Positions 40,511-51,629 of a stretch of DNA of 64,000 nucleotides are shown piece by piece. The DNA is from an uncultured bacterium (lineage in GTDB: Bacteria > Bacillota_I > Bacilli_A > RF39 > UBA660). The notes under the pieces were generated by a model, which had not been told where the DNA came from, searched no databases, and worked only from the letters and a program-made list of their open reading frames with translations. Position 1 is the first letter of the stretch. Each line of letters begins with the position of its first letter. Made by a program: the position numbers and the translations under genes. The stretch spans positions 1,101 through 65,100 of the forward strand of contig CASDZZ010000002.1 of the NCBI GenBank assembly GCA_949285875.1. Reading direction: 5' to 3'.

Positions 40511-41104
40511 TTAATCTTTATATACTACTTTATTTTCTTTAAGTACAGGAATTTCTTTAATAAGCTTTTCATAACCTTTTTTAAAATCATCCATTTCAAT
40601 CATTATCGTTTTAATATTTTTATTTTTTAGTTCTTTTCCCAATTTTAAATAAGTTTCTTGTTGATTTACACTATTTTCCAAACTAAAAGATTGATACTGA
40701 TGATGTACACGTTTTAATCTTGTAGCATATTCTTTTGTATCCTTTAGATATAAAATAACAAAATAAATATTATAATCTAAATCGCCTAACTTCTTAACTA
40801 ATCTTTCATAAACATCATCAAAATTATATTCTTTATATCCCAATTTACAATATACTTGTTCAGTAAAAAAGGTTCTGTCAAAAATCAAATTAAGATTAGT
40901 TTCTTCTAAAGATTCCATGTAGTTTATTAAACCCAAATACATAGTTTTATTTTTTTCTTTTCCAGTCTCTGTCTTATCTTTTATACCTGAAAGTCTATAT
41001 AAATTAGTCGTAGGTAAATTTTCTCTTAAAAAATTAGCCATTGTACTTTTACCTACTCCTTGTGGTCCCTCTATAATAATTATGTTGCCTCGTTCTTTTT
41101 TCAT
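40511..41104 (-). CDS. P-loop kinase, deoxynucleoside/nucleotide kinase-like
   Basis: GPQGVGKST Walker A and an FDRTFF (DRS-like) motif; 197 aa. Confidence 0.5.
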   Translation of the reverse strand: MKKERGNIIIIEGPQGVGKSTMANFLRENLPTTNLYRLSGIKDKTETGKEKNKTMYLGLINYMESLEETNLNLIFDRTFFTEQVYCKLGYKEYNFDDVYERLVKKLGDLDYNIYFVILYLKDTKEYATRLKRVHHQYQSFSLENSVNQQETYLKLGKELKNKNIKTIMIEMDDFKKGYEKLIKEIPVLKENKVVYKD

Positions 41105-41242
41105 TTTCTACCTCCTATTTTATTTTATTATAACACAAGTTGATAACTTACTTATATACTTTAATTTAATTCTGTAATAAAATAAAAAATCAACCATTTC
41201 TGATTGATTATATTAAAAGTTCTTAATGAACAATTTTCCAAG

Positions 41243-41319
41243 TGGTGGCTCCGGGCAGAATCGAACTGCCGACACAGGGATTTTCAGTCCCTTGCTCTAC
41301 CGACTGAGCTACAGAGCCA
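41243..41319 (-). tRNA. tRNA-Phe (anticodon GAA)
   Basis: Reverse complement TGGCTCTGTAGCTCAGTCGGTAGAGC...CTGAAAA...CCA. Confidence 0.9.
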
Positions 41320-41330
41320 TATAAAAAAAA

Positions 41331-41407
41331 TGGCGGTTCCGACGAGATTTGAACCCGCGATCTTCTGCGTGACAGGCAGACGTGTTAACCCCTACACCAC
41401 GGAACCG
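41331..41407 (-). tRNA. tRNA-Asp (anticodon GTC)
   Basis: Reverse complement CGGTTCCGTGGTGTAGGGGTTAACAC...CTGTCAC...CCA. Confidence 0.85.
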
Positions 41408-41491
41408 TAAAACTTTATTCAAAGCTCTTTAAGTATACTAAAAAAAGTATATATTTGTCAATAGAGATTATAATATTTTTTTATTTTTTAA

Positions 41492-42316
41492 CTATTTAGA
41501 TAATTTAAAAGAAATAAAGAAACTAAAAAACATAAAAATAATACCATAAAAAAGTTCTGAACCTAAAAATATTTTAGGTATTAAAGCAGGTATAGAGCCT
41601 ATTACAAATCCTATAATAATACTATATACAAGTCTAAAATTATTTTTTAACAATTTATTAATTAACTTTAATAAGAAAATAATGCCACTTATAAGTCCCA
41701 TTACAAATGGAATTAACTTTAATACATCACCTAAACAAATAGAAAAAGGACTTGAAATAATATATAAAACATATTCATACATTCCTATTATAATTAATAA
41801 AAAAGAGCCACTTATACCAGGAATTACTTTTCCTATAGAATATATTATTCCCGCTAAAAAAAGCTTTAAAATATTTATGAATAGAGAATTTGAAGCACTA
41901 TCTAAATCTACACTATAAATATTTTCTGATATATACCACATAAGCAAAGAAACGAAGAAAGTGATTATTAATATTTTCCAATTTGCACCCTTACCTGTAT
42001 TTTTTTTAATTTCTTTAAATAGAAATGGTACACCACCCAAAATAAATCCTACAAATGATAATTTAGTTATTACTTCATGTTTTAAATACAAAAACATCAT
42101 AATCTTACTAAACCAAACTGCCCCAGTTATTATTCCTAATCCTAAAACAAATAAGAATATAAAGTTTTTCTTAAAGTTTTTAAATAAGTTTGTAAGGGAA
42201 TAAATCATTTTTTCATATACGTTAAAAATAACGGCTATAACCCCCCCACTTACGCCTGGAATAATCATTGCAGTTCCTATTAATATACCAACTAAAAAAA
42301 GATATAAAAAAGACAT
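41492..42316 (-). CDS. DUF368-family polytopic membrane protein (putative undecaprenyl-phosphate translocase PopT-like)
   Basis: Twofold internal repeat with IPGVSGG and IPGISGS motifs resembling the DUF368 PGxSRSG motif. Confidence 0.5.
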   Translation of the reverse strand: MSFLYLFLVGILIGTAMIIPGVSGGVIAVIFNVYEKMIYSLTNLFKNFKKNFIFLFVLGLGIITGAVWFSKIMMFLYLKHEVITKLSFVGFILGGVPFLFKEIKKNTGKGANWKILIITFFVSLLMWYISENIYSVDLDSASNSLFINILKLFLAGIIYSIGKVIPGISGSFLLIIIGMYEYVLYIISSPFSICLGDVLKLIPFVMGLISGIIFLLKLINKLLKNNFRLVYSIIIGFVIGSIPALIPKIFLGSELFYGIIFMFFSFFISFKLSK

Positions 42317-42353
42317 ATAATCACCAATTAACTATATGTCTTTTTATATCTTT

Positions 42354-43418
42354 TTATTCTATTGTTAAACTTTGAGAATCAGGTTGTATTTGAATAAATG
42401 TATTTCCATCATTTACAATTAGTTTTTCACCTGTAGCCTTAACTTTATATACTGTTTTAGATGACCTAGAACTCTTTTCCCAAGTAATAGGAACAGCATA
42501 TCCTTCGGAAATAAAATAACCTTCTCCACTTCCTATGTTATTTAAACCTTGTCTTCCTCCAGAATATCCATCATTTAACGTATAATTATGAACTTTATAA
42601 GTTATTATATTTTTTGCTGTATACTGAAGACCTGTCACATAATCTTTATGTTCAATGTTATTCTGATATCTTTTATATAATTTAGTTGTAGGATCATAAG
42701 AATAACTAGTTAAGTGACTAGTTGAATAAGGTATTCTTACTGTATTAGCAGGAATAGCTCCTTCATAATTTGCTAAATCTAAAGGTTTTACTTGATAAGA
42801 TAATAATAAACCTTTTTCTGTAGTAGTTTTATAACCCCTTTTGCCTGCTGCTTCTTTTAATTTTTGAATAGAAGTATAAGCTCTATGTTCTTTAGCTATT
42901 TTCCTTAAAGAATTATCCCAAGTAAAAGCACTACTATTATCTGCATTTATTACATTTACTCCCAACTTTTTTATATCGCTTTGTGCTTGCGGACTCCAAC
43001 CAATATGAGCATATATAGCATCATTTTCTAAAGCATAGTCTAAAAAGTAATGTCTAGAACTCCTAACAGAAGCTATTCTTGCAGTATCTTTATCTTTGAA
43101 TAAAGCCATCATTCTGGTAATTCCACCTTCTACTATCATTTCATAAGTAATATAAGCATCTTGCAATCCTGCTTGATATCCCCAAACAGCTTTATTGTTA
43201 TTAATCATTACTGCATAAGGCCTACTATTAGAATTTAAATCAACTATTTTGAGTTTTTCTTCAGGCTTGGTTGTTTTTTTTGTAGTATTATTTTTATTTT
43301 CAACCTTTTTTGGTGAATCATTTTTTAGAAAAAACAAAGTAAGACCAAGAGCAGAAATAATTACAACTAAGACTACAATTAAAATTATTTTTACTTCCTT
43401 TTTTTTATTTAACTTCAT
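42354..43418 (-). CDS. DUF3048 (YerB-like) secreted or membrane-anchored protein
   Basis: N-terminal TM helix; PYAVMINN...GLQDAYITYEMIVEGGITRMMALF matches the DUF3048 core. Confidence 0.55.
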   Translation of the reverse strand: MKLNKKKEVKIILIVVLVVIISALGLTLFFLKNDSPKKVENKNNTTKKTTKPEEKLKIVDLNSNSRPYAVMINNNKAVWGYQAGLQDAYITYEMIVEGGITRMMALFKDKDTARIASVRSSRHYFLDYALENDAIYAHIGWSPQAQSDIKKLGVNVINADNSSAFTWDNSLRKIAKEHRAYTSIQKLKEAAGKRGYKTTTEKGLLLSYQVKPLDLANYEGAIPANTVRIPYSTSHLTSYSYDPTTKLYKRYQNNIEHKDYVTGLQYTAKNIITYKVHNYTLNDGYSGGRQGLNNIGSGEGYFISEGYAVPITWEKSSRSSKTVYKVKATGEKLIVNDGNTFIQIQPDSQSLTIE

Positions 43419-43489
43419 AAAATCAACTCCTACTCTACAACTTAATTATACAATTATTTTTATAATTAAACAATTAAATTATATGCTAT

Positions 43490-44728
43490 TTACTTATTTA
43501 AAATTCCGTAAGAAACAATTAAAGCGCTGTTAAAAGCCCAAGATAAGTTGTATCCACCGCATTTTCCGTCAACATCTAAAATCTCGCCTGTAGCATATAA
43601 TCCTTTACATTTTTTAGACTCTAAATTATCTGTAAACTCTTCTAAATTAGCTCCTCCAGAAGTTACCTGTGCCATTTCAAAATCACCTGTATTTTCTATA
43701 TCAAAATACATATTGTGTAAATTAAAAGATAAAGCTTCTAATTCGTTTTGTGATAACATTTTTATTTTCTTACCATATACTTTAAGCTCTTTAGCTACCG
43801 CTATCGCTAACTTATTATTTATAATGCATGACAAAGCATCCTCACTAGTATAGCCAGAAAAACTTTTTAAGTAATTTTCTAACTCCAACTCGCTATACTG
43901 AGAAACTAAGTTAATAATTATTTTTACATTTTTTTGTTCTTTTAAATATTTAGCAACATTTCTAGACAAATTAAAAATACTAATTCCTGATAAAGAGTCT
44001 TTAGTAAATTGTACTTGTCCTTCCTCGCTTTCTGTAATCCAGCCGTCAACACTTAAGCTTACAATAGCCTCTGCTCTAACACCAGCTAAATCTTTTATAT
44101 ACTTATAATTAGTTTTAAGACTAGTTAAAGAAGGATATAAATCAGTTATACCATGACCAAAACGTTTTAATATTTCATATCCACTTCCGGTAGAACCAGT
44201 TTTATGATAAGTTTTTCCACCAGTTGCAATTACAACTTTTTTACTTTTTAATTCATCATTTATTATGAATAAATCATCATTTTTTACTATTTTTAAAACA
44301 TCATAGTCATACTTTATATTAACATTATAATATTCTAAAGCTCTTTCAAAAGATTTACAAACGCTTAAAGCCTGCATTGAATAAGGATATATTCTATCTT
44401 CTTCTTTCCTAGTTAAAATACCAAACTTATTTAAAATTTCAAAATAATTTTCATTATCATCTGTATTATCTAAAACGTTTAAAAAATCATAATTATCAAT
44501 TTCTAAAATATTTTTAAATCTTTCTAAACTAGAATTACTATTATAGTTAGATAAATCATTATTAATATTTCCTAAATTACATCTACCATTTCCTGTGATA
44601 AGTAATTTTTTTCCTATTTTATTATTTTTTTCTAAAAGAAGAATCTTTAAATTAGGGTTATTATATTTTAAATTAAGCGCACAAAAACAACCAGAAGCTC
44701 CCGCTCCAATTATAATTACATCATACAT
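43490..44728 (-). CDS. HI0933-like NAD(FAD)-utilising flavoprotein
   Basis: DVIIIGAGASG Rossmann motif and GNGRCN motif. Confidence 0.8.
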   Translation of the reverse strand: MYDVIIIGAGASGCFCALNLKYNNPNLKILLLEKNNKIGKKLLITGNGRCNLGNINNDLSNYNSNSSLERFKNILEIDNYDFLNVLDNTDDNENYFEILNKFGILTRKEEDRIYPYSMQALSVCKSFERALEYYNVNIKYDYDVLKIVKNDDLFIINDELKSKKVVIATGGKTYHKTGSTGSGYEILKRFGHGITDLYPSLTSLKTNYKYIKDLAGVRAEAIVSLSVDGWITESEEGQVQFTKDSLSGISIFNLSRNVAKYLKEQKNVKIIINLVSQYSELELENYLKSFSGYTSEDALSCIINNKLAIAVAKELKVYGKKIKMLSQNELEALSFNLHNMYFDIENTGDFEMAQVTSGGANLEEFTDNLESKKCKGLYATGEILDVDGKCGGYNLSWAFNSALIVSYGILNK

Positions 44729-44778
44729 AACAAAGCACCTCTCTTAATTTATATGATAACAAAAAAACTAGATTTAAT

Positions 44779-45417
44779 CTAGTTTATCTCATAAAAGACC
44801 GTATGGGGTTGACCGCAAATTGGACATATAAAATCTTCTGGAAGACTTTCTCCTTCATACACGTAACCACACACACTACATTTAAATCTTTTCTTTGTAG
44901 TTTTTTCTTGCACTAATTCATCTTTTTGATAAGTTGGGGCGTTTTTAGGCGAAGTTCCCTTTAATTTTTCATGATAAAACTTATAAGTCATCGGGCTTTC
45001 CGAAGTATAATCACCTGCTTTAATAGCTTCTCCTAAAAATATCGTATGAGTAGCTGTTTCTATCTTATCTATTACTTTGCACGTAATATATCCGCAGGAA
45101 TCTTTTATTACGGGAATGTTTTCGATTTCTTCAAACAAAATATTTTTAAATTTATCTGTATTACGGCTTGATTTAAAGCCAAACTCTCCAATTATTTTAG
45201 GATCAGTGCTTTCTTTTAAAATCGATACCCCAAAATATCCTGACTTTTTAATGCATTCATTTGTATAATTATCATGATTAATACTAATAGCGATAGTTAC
45301 CGGCTCTGATGTCACCTGAATTATGCTGTTAGCAATACATCCTACTTTCTTATCTTCGGTTTTAGTAGTTACTACATAAACCCCATAGCTTAAATTTCTA
45401 AGTACTTTCTTATCCAT
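44779..45417 (-). CDS. flavin reductase-like domain fused to rubredoxin (high-molecular-weight rubredoxin)
   Basis: N-terminal split-barrel flavin-reductase domain; C-terminal CSVCGY...CPICG rubredoxin. Confidence 0.8.
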   Translation of the reverse strand: MDKKVLRNLSYGVYVVTTKTEDKKVGCIANSIIQVTSEPVTIAISINHDNYTNECIKKSGYFGVSILKESTDPKIIGEFGFKSSRNTDKFKNILFEEIENIPVIKDSCGYITCKVIDKIETATHTIFLGEAIKAGDYTSESPMTYKFYHEKLKGTSPKNAPTYQKDELVQEKTTKKRFKCSVCGYVYEGESLPEDFICPICGQPHTVFYEIN

Positions 45418-45419
45418 AA

Positions 45420-46163
45420 TTAACTCCTTGCTGCACCATCTACCGATAAGATAGCACCAGTTATATAACTTGCCATATCACTTGCTAAAAATAAAAATGC
45501 ATTTGCAATATCTTCTGGTTTTCCAATCCTACCAAGAGGTACCGTTTTAATAAGTGGTTCAATAATTTCCTTTGGAACGTTTTTCATCATATCAGTATAT
45601 ATAATTCCAGGCGCTACTGCGTTTACCCTTATATTATCTTTACCAAGTTCTCTAGCTAGTGACTTAGTAAGACCATTAACCGCAAATTTACTTGTAGGAT
45701 AACCACAGCCGGATGGTTGTCCATATATACTTACCATCGAACTCGTATTTAATATTACTCCTCCATTATTTTCTTTCATAATTGGAGCAACTACTTTAGA
45801 AGTATTAAAAATAGCAGTAACATTAATATCCATAATCTTTTTAAAATCTTCTAATTTGTAATCATATAAACTATCTCTTGCACTTATTCCAGCATTATTA
45901 ACTAATATATCTATTTTTCCATATTTATCTTTAATCTGATTAAAAGTTTCTTCTACTTCCTCTTGACTTGTTAAATCAGGCCAAAAACCTGCAACGTCAT
46001 AATCGTTGTTTATCTTTTTTAGTTCATCTAACGCTTTTTTTACTGATTCTTCTTTAGAACCAAAAAGTATAACCGTAGCATTATTTTCCAAAAATTTCTT
46101 AACGGTTTCAAAACCTATTCCCCTTGTTCCACCTGTTATAACAGCTGTTTTTCCTTGCAACAT
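45420..46163 (-). CDS. SDR-family oxidoreductase (FabG-like)
   Basis: TGGTRGIG, NNAG and YxxxK (YPTSK) motifs. Confidence 0.85.
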   Translation of the reverse strand: MLQGKTAVITGGTRGIGFETVKKFLENNATVILFGSKEESVKKALDELKKINNDYDVAGFWPDLTSQEEVEETFNQIKDKYGKIDILVNNAGISARDSLYDYKLEDFKKIMDINVTAIFNTSKVVAPIMKENNGGVILNTSSMVSIYGQPSGCGYPTSKFAVNGLTKSLARELGKDNIRVNAVAPGIIYTDMMKNVPKEIIEPLIKTVPLGRIGKPEDIANAFLFLASDMASYITGAILSVDGAARS

Positions 46164-46263
46164 AAAATAACCTCCTTATAGCTTATATTACTAGTTTATT
46201 ATAAAATTCTTTTTAATTCAAGCTAACTTTTCAATCAAAAAAAGAAAAGCTTAATCACTTTCC

Positions 46264-47688
46264 TTATTTACCATATTTTAAAAGCTCTTCTTTTAACATT
46301 TCCATTGTTTTAGCAGGATTTGCTTTACCACGAGTTTTCTTCATTACTTGTCCAACAAAGAAGTCAATCATTCTAGCTTTTTCAGGATTATAACTTCTAG
46401 CTTGCTCATCATTTTCTTTTAAAACTTCCATAACAACATCATGAATAGCAGCATCATCAGTTATTTGCATCATACCTTTTTCTTTAACAATTACATTTGG
46501 TTCTTTTCCAGATTCTATCATACATTCAAATACTTCTTTAGCTTGTTTTGAAGATATTGTTTTAGCATCTACTAAATGAATTAATTCTTTTATCATAATT
46601 GGCTTAACAGGGACATCCTCTATTTTTATTTCATTTTCATTTAAATATCCCATAAGCATACCAGTAACCCAGTTGCAAGCTTTTTTTGCATCAGCACCTA
46701 AATCAACACAAGCTTGAAAGAAGTCAGAATTTTCTTTTACCTTTACTAAAACTTCAGAATCATACTTAGAAAGACCATATTCTTCCATGTATTTTTTTAC
46801 CCTATCTAACTGAAGCATAGGAATTGTTTTTCTTATATCTTCAAGCATTTCTTCAGTAACTTCTGTTGGAGCGATATTAGGCTCGATAAAGTACTTATAA
46901 TCAACTGCGTCTACCTTACTTCTCATGTGGAAAGTTTCCCCAGTTTCATCATCTAACCTTCTTGTTTCTTGTTCAACTACACCACCATTTTGAAGTATTT
47001 CTGTTTGTCTTTCAATTTCAAAATCAATTGCTCGTCCAACGTTATAAAATGAATTAATATTTTTAATTTCTACTTTGCTACCTAACTTATCAGAATCAGA
47101 AAGCGATACGTTAACATCGCATCTCATTTGTCCTCTATCACTTCTAGCTTCTGAAACTCCGCAGTAAACAATTAAAGAACGATATGTCTCTAAAAAAGTT
47201 AAAGCTTCTTCTTTAGAATGTAAACAAGGTTCTGTAACTGTTTCTAATAATGGAATACCACTACGATTATAATCAATTAGTGAATAAGTATCATAGTGAT
47301 CTAGTGATGCTGTATCTTCTTCTAGGTGAGTATCATGGATGAAAACCCTTTTTATTTCACCATTGACATCAATATCTACATAACCATTAATACCAACAGG
47401 TTTTGTCATTTGAGTTATTTGATATCCTTTTGGTAAATCTGGATAATAATAGTTTTTACGGTCAAAAATTATCTCATCAGGAGTTTTACAATTCATAGCC
47501 ATAGACACTTTTAAAGCTCTCTTAACAGCTTCTTCGTTAGCTACTGGAAGAATTCCAGGAAAACCTAAATCTTGATAAGCTACATTACTATTAGGAGCTT
47601 CTGTATAACCATTCATAGCAGGAGAAAAAACTTTTGAATTTGATTCAAGTTCGCAGTGAACTTCAAGTCCGATTGTTACTTTATACAT
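46264..47688 (-). CDS. gatB: Asp-tRNA(Asn)/Glu-tRNA(Gln) amidotransferase subunit B
   Basis: Sequence characteristic of GatB (KVTIGLEVHCEL...). Confidence 0.95.
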   Translation of the reverse strand: MYKVTIGLEVHCELESNSKVFSPAMNGYTEAPNSNVAYQDLGFPGILPVANEEAVKRALKVSMAMNCKTPDEIIFDRKNYYYPDLPKGYQITQMTKPVGINGYVDIDVNGEIKRVFIHDTHLEEDTASLDHYDTYSLIDYNRSGIPLLETVTEPCLHSKEEALTFLETYRSLIVYCGVSEARSDRGQMRCDVNVSLSDSDKLGSKVEIKNINSFYNVGRAIDFEIERQTEILQNGGVVEQETRRLDDETGETFHMRSKVDAVDYKYFIEPNIAPTEVTEEMLEDIRKTIPMLQLDRVKKYMEEYGLSKYDSEVLVKVKENSDFFQACVDLGADAKKACNWVTGMLMGYLNENEIKIEDVPVKPIMIKELIHLVDAKTISSKQAKEVFECMIESGKEPNVIVKEKGMMQITDDAAIHDVVMEVLKENDEQARSYNPEKARMIDFFVGQVMKKTRGKANPAKTMEMLKEELLKYGK

Positions 47689-47689
47689 A

Positions 47690-49129
47690 TTATTTTTCCT
47701 CCTTTACTGATAATGGTTCAAAACCTATTTTTTCCTCTAATTTTTTAGCAATATTAAATACTAAATCATCTGTCATTATAGGTCCTGTTATATTAATTGC
47801 AACTGGCATATTATCTATTAAACCTGAAGGTATTGTAATTGAAGGAAAACCTCCAAAGTTTCCAATTGCTAAATGATTTTCTAAGAGTAAGTATTTATCT
47901 GACAAGCGGTCAAGCTCCTCATCAAATTTAGGTGCAATAGAACCAGCATTGGGCATTATACATCCATCATATGTTTTAAATAAATCGTTCATTTTATCAA
48001 CGATTAATCTTCTTATTCTTTGAGCATTAAAGAATAATTTTTCTTGATTTTCTTTTTGAAGAATAAATGAGCCAATAACAAATCTTCTTCTAATAAGTTC
48101 AGAAAAACCCTCTGTTCTAGTGTTTATCATAACCTCGTCTGGAGTTCTTCCTTCTTTTCTATTTCCAAAAGGAATACCAGTTAAGTTAGAGTTATTGCTA
48201 GTTGCTTCAGCGCAAGATATTGCCATGTAAGAAGGATATATTCCTCTTAATATGTTTTCATCAATACTTTCTTCTTTAACTTCAATTCCTAATTCTTTTG
48301 CATAATCTAGTACTTTTAAGAAATTATCATAATATTCTTTATCATCTTTTAATTTATCTACAATTTCTTTTATATAAAATAGTTTTTTTTCTGATACATC
48401 ATTATTTAAACTATCAACTAAATTAATATTTGATGAATCAAATGAAGTCATATCTTTTTCATCAATACCTTTAATATTGTCAATTACGTATGCAGCATCT
48501 TCTACTGTTTTAGCAAAACAACCAACATGATCTAGGGAAGATGCAAATGCAAATAATCCCCATCTTGATACTAATCCATAAGTTGGTTTATATCCCACTA
48601 TTCCGCCATATCCGGCTGGTTTACGAATAGAATCTCCAGTATCTGAACCAAGTGCATATGGAACAATACCGCGAGCTACAGCTGATGCAGAACCGGCTGA
48701 TGAACCTCCTATTTGTCTTGTAGGGTCCCAAGGATTTCTAACTATACCAGTGTGACCTGTTGTACCAGTTCCGCCCATTGCAAGTTCATCTAATACAGTT
48801 TTACCTATCATAACCATACCAGCATTTTTTAACTTGCTTACTGCTGTTGCATCAAATACTGGAACATAATCTGAAAGGATGTTAGATGATGCTGTAGTAA
48901 GTATATCTTTAGTTGAAAAATTATCTTTAATAGCACATGGTATTCCTGATAAAACGTTATCAGTAACCTCTTCATCTTTAGCATCATCTAAAATAGTAAC
49001 AAAGCTATTTAATTCTTCTTGATATTCATGAGCTCTTTTTAATGATTCTTCAGTTAGTTCTTTACTAGTTACTTTTCCTTCTTTTAGGGCTTCATGTATT
49101 TCTTTTAAACTTTTATCTAAATAACTCAT
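47690..49129 (-). CDS. gatA: amidotransferase subunit A (amidase family)
   Basis: GGSSAGSASAVA amidase signature. Confidence 0.95.
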   Translation of the reverse strand: MSYLDKSLKEIHEALKEGKVTSKELTEESLKRAHEYQEELNSFVTILDDAKDEEVTDNVLSGIPCAIKDNFSTKDILTTASSNILSDYVPVFDATAVSKLKNAGMVMIGKTVLDELAMGGTGTTGHTGIVRNPWDPTRQIGGSSAGSASAVARGIVPYALGSDTGDSIRKPAGYGGIVGYKPTYGLVSRWGLFAFASSLDHVGCFAKTVEDAAYVIDNIKGIDEKDMTSFDSSNINLVDSLNNDVSEKKLFYIKEIVDKLKDDKEYYDNFLKVLDYAKELGIEVKEESIDENILRGIYPSYMAISCAEATSNNSNLTGIPFGNRKEGRTPDEVMINTRTEGFSELIRRRFVIGSFILQKENQEKLFFNAQRIRRLIVDKMNDLFKTYDGCIMPNAGSIAPKFDEELDRLSDKYLLLENHLAIGNFGGFPSITIPSGLIDNMPVAINITGPIMTDDLVFNIAKKLEEKIGFEPLSVKEEK

Positions 49130-49434
49130 TAAGACTCACCTCCAACTACTTTTGGCACTTTGACTTCATCATAAACTGTTTCATGTGCATTTCTTACCGC
49201 ATCTTCGGTAGAAAGTGTAGATGTTGCTACATCTTTTCTTAACTTAACATCTTTATTCTTAAAAGGAAAAGTCATCGGTTTTACATTTTCTATTCCTTCA
49301 ATTTGACCTATTAAGTCCATGTGTTTCAAGATTGTTTCAAACTCTTTTTCAAAAGAATCAAACTCTTCATCTTTCATTTTAAACATTAATTTTAGAGCAT
49401 AGTCTTGAATGTTTTCTCTTGTAATTTTTTGCAT
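49129..49434 (-). CDS. gatC: amidotransferase subunit C
   Basis: Size and position; overlaps gatA by 1 nt. Confidence 0.85.
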   Translation of the reverse strand: MQKITRENIQDYALKLMFKMKDEEFDSFEKEFETILKHMDLIGQIEGIENVKPMTFPFKNKDVKLRKDVATSTLSTEDAVRNAHETVYDEVKVPKVVGGES

Positions 49435-49444
49435 TTTTTTCCTC

Positions 49445-51187
49445 CTATCTTAACTTAATATGAGTTTCTCTTAATTGTAATTCAGTAACCTCGTTTGGAG
49501 TACCAGTAAGTACGTCTTCTCCATTTTGATTTAATGGGAATGCAACTGTTTCTCTTACGTTATCTTCTTCACAGATCATCATAAGTGATCTATCGATTCC
49601 AAGTGCCATACCAACGTGTGGTGGGCAACCATATTTAAATGCTGTGTATAAAGCACTAAATTTCTTTTTAATATCTTCTTCAGTATAACCTGCAAGTTCA
49701 AAAGCTTTTAAAAGTACTTCAGGTCTATTATTTCTAACCGCACCTGATACTAATTCTACACCATTACAAACAACATCAAATTGATCTGCATAAATAGATA
49801 ATGGATCTTCGTTTTCTAGTGCTTCCATTCCTCCTCTTGGCATACTAAATGGGTTATGCATAAAATCTAACTTACCAGTTATTTCACTTATTTCATACAT
49901 AGGCATATCTGTTATAAAACAAAATTCAAATAAATTATGATCCATTAAATCTAATTTACGACCTAACTCAGTTCTAATTAAACCAGCATTTCTTGTTACA
50001 ACGTCTTTTCTTTTATCTGCAATAAAGAATAATACGCTGCCTACTTTTAAGTTTGCCTTATCAAATAAAGCCTTTCTATCTTCTTCTGTTAAAAATTTAT
50101 CTATAGGTCCTTTAAGAGTTTTATCTTCCATCACGCTAATATATCCAATACCTGGCATATCGATTGATTTAGCATAGTCAACTACTTCATTAAACCAGCT
50201 ATTTGGTTTAGAAGCAATGTCATCCACTTTAATAGCACGAACAATAGAACCTCTAAATGGTTTAAATTCTGACTCTGTAAATACTTCACTAATGTCAATT
50301 ATTTCAAGTGGATTTCTTAAATCAGGTTTATCAGTACCATATTTAAGCATCGCTTCATTATAAGGAATTCTTCTAAAGTGACCTTCTGTTACGTTTCTTT
50401 TTCCGAATTCTTTAAAGAATGCAGGAAATACTCTTTCAGCAACTTCCATTATATCTTCTTGGTCTGCAAAAGCCATTTCCATATCTAATTGATAAAATTC
50501 ACCAACAAGTCTATCAGCTCTTCCGTCTTCATCCCTAAAACAAGGTGCAAGTTGAAAATATCTATCAAACCCTGATGCCATTAGAAGTTGTTTAAATTGT
50601 TGTGGTGCTTGTGGAAGGGCATAAAATTTTCCTTTATGTTTTCTTGAAGGAATTATAAAATCTCTAGCTCCTTCTGGTGATGATGAAGTAATAATTGGGG
50701 TAGTAACTTCTAAAAAACCCAATTTTTTCATCTGATTTCTTAAAAAGTCAAAAGCTCTTGATCTTAAAACAATGTTTTCATGTACTTTAGGGTTTCTTAA
50801 ATCCAAGAACCTATATTTTAACCTAACATCCTCTGATACCTTCTTAGATTCATCAACTTCAAAAGGTAATATTTTAGCTGTGTCTGATAGTAGTTCAAGA
50901 GATTCAATAACTACTTCTATTTCACCTGTAGTTAGTTTTTTATTTATAGTTTCTTCGTCCCTTTTAACTACTTTTCCTGTAACTTTGATAACAGTTTCTT
51001 TGCTTACCCCTTTAAGCATTGAATCATCATGAACCACTATTTGAGTAGTTCCATAGTGATCTCTTAAGTCAACAAACATAACACCACCATGGTCTCTTAT
51101 TGTTGAAACAAAACCAGATAAAGTAACTTCTTTATCTAAATCTTTTAAAGTTAATTCTCCGCATGTATTTGTTCTGTATTTATTCAT
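49445..51187 (-). CDS. aspS: aspartyl-tRNA synthetase, probably non-discriminating
   Basis: Class II motifs FRDE and GLDR; 580 aa. Confidence 0.95.
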   Translation of the reverse strand: MNKYRTNTCGELTLKDLDKEVTLSGFVSTIRDHGGVMFVDLRDHYGTTQIVVHDDSMLKGVSKETVIKVTGKVVKRDEETINKKLTTGEIEVVIESLELLSDTAKILPFEVDESKKVSEDVRLKYRFLDLRNPKVHENIVLRSRAFDFLRNQMKKLGFLEVTTPIITSSSPEGARDFIIPSRKHKGKFYALPQAPQQFKQLLMASGFDRYFQLAPCFRDEDGRADRLVGEFYQLDMEMAFADQEDIMEVAERVFPAFFKEFGKRNVTEGHFRRIPYNEAMLKYGTDKPDLRNPLEIIDISEVFTESEFKPFRGSIVRAIKVDDIASKPNSWFNEVVDYAKSIDMPGIGYISVMEDKTLKGPIDKFLTEEDRKALFDKANLKVGSVLFFIADKRKDVVTRNAGLIRTELGRKLDLMDHNLFEFCFITDMPMYEISEITGKLDFMHNPFSMPRGGMEALENEDPLSIYADQFDVVCNGVELVSGAVRNNRPEVLLKAFELAGYTEEDIKKKFSALYTAFKYGCPPHVGMALGIDRSLMMICEEDNVRETVAFPLNQNGEDVLTGTPNEVTELQLRETHIKLR

Positions 51188-51189
51188 TT

Positions 51190-51480
51190 ATATCATTCCT
51201 TTCTTAATTTAATAAAAAAACAGTTATCCATCCCAAAGGGACGAATAACTGTAAATATCCGTGGTACCACCCAGTTTACTATTTATAAAAATAGTCACTT
51301 TAAGATACTTTAACGTGTTATCTTCCGTCTTAGCCTACTCATTATTTTTCGGTAAGAAGCTCCAAGGTGTTCTTTCATTAAATCCTTCTTGCCAGCATTT
51401 CACCACCACCAGCTCTCTTTAAAGAGTAATTTAATTACTTTTCCTTTTCAACGCAATAAACAATTATGTTTAAATTATAT
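51190..51480 (-). promoter_or_regulatory. T-box riboswitch leader upstream of aspS-gatCAB
   Basis: On the minus strand the T-box sequence AAACTGGGTGGTACCACGG sits just ahead of a terminator hairpin (cagttattcgtccc / gggatggataactg) and a T7 run. A stem I-like region with AGAGAG lies upstream. Confidence 0.8.
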
Positions 51481-51547
51481 CACATTTTTTTTATTTTATA
51501 ACAAAAATATATAAAAAAAACAACTTTTTTGTTGTTTTATTAACAAA

Positions 51548-51623
51548 TGGCGCTTCAAGTAGGACTCGAACCTACGACCTGCCGGTTAACAGCCGGATGC
51601 TCTACCAACTGAGCTATTGAAGC
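51548..51623 (-). tRNA. tRNA-Asn (anticodon GTT), copy 1
   Basis: Reverse complement GCTTCAATAGCTCAGTTGGTAGAGC...CTGTTAA...CCA. Confidence 0.85.
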
Positions 51624-51629
51624 AAATAA

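Noticed and set aside
41204-41410. 68-aa plus-strand ORF
   Set aside because: Entirely antisense to tRNA-Phe and tRNA-Asp.
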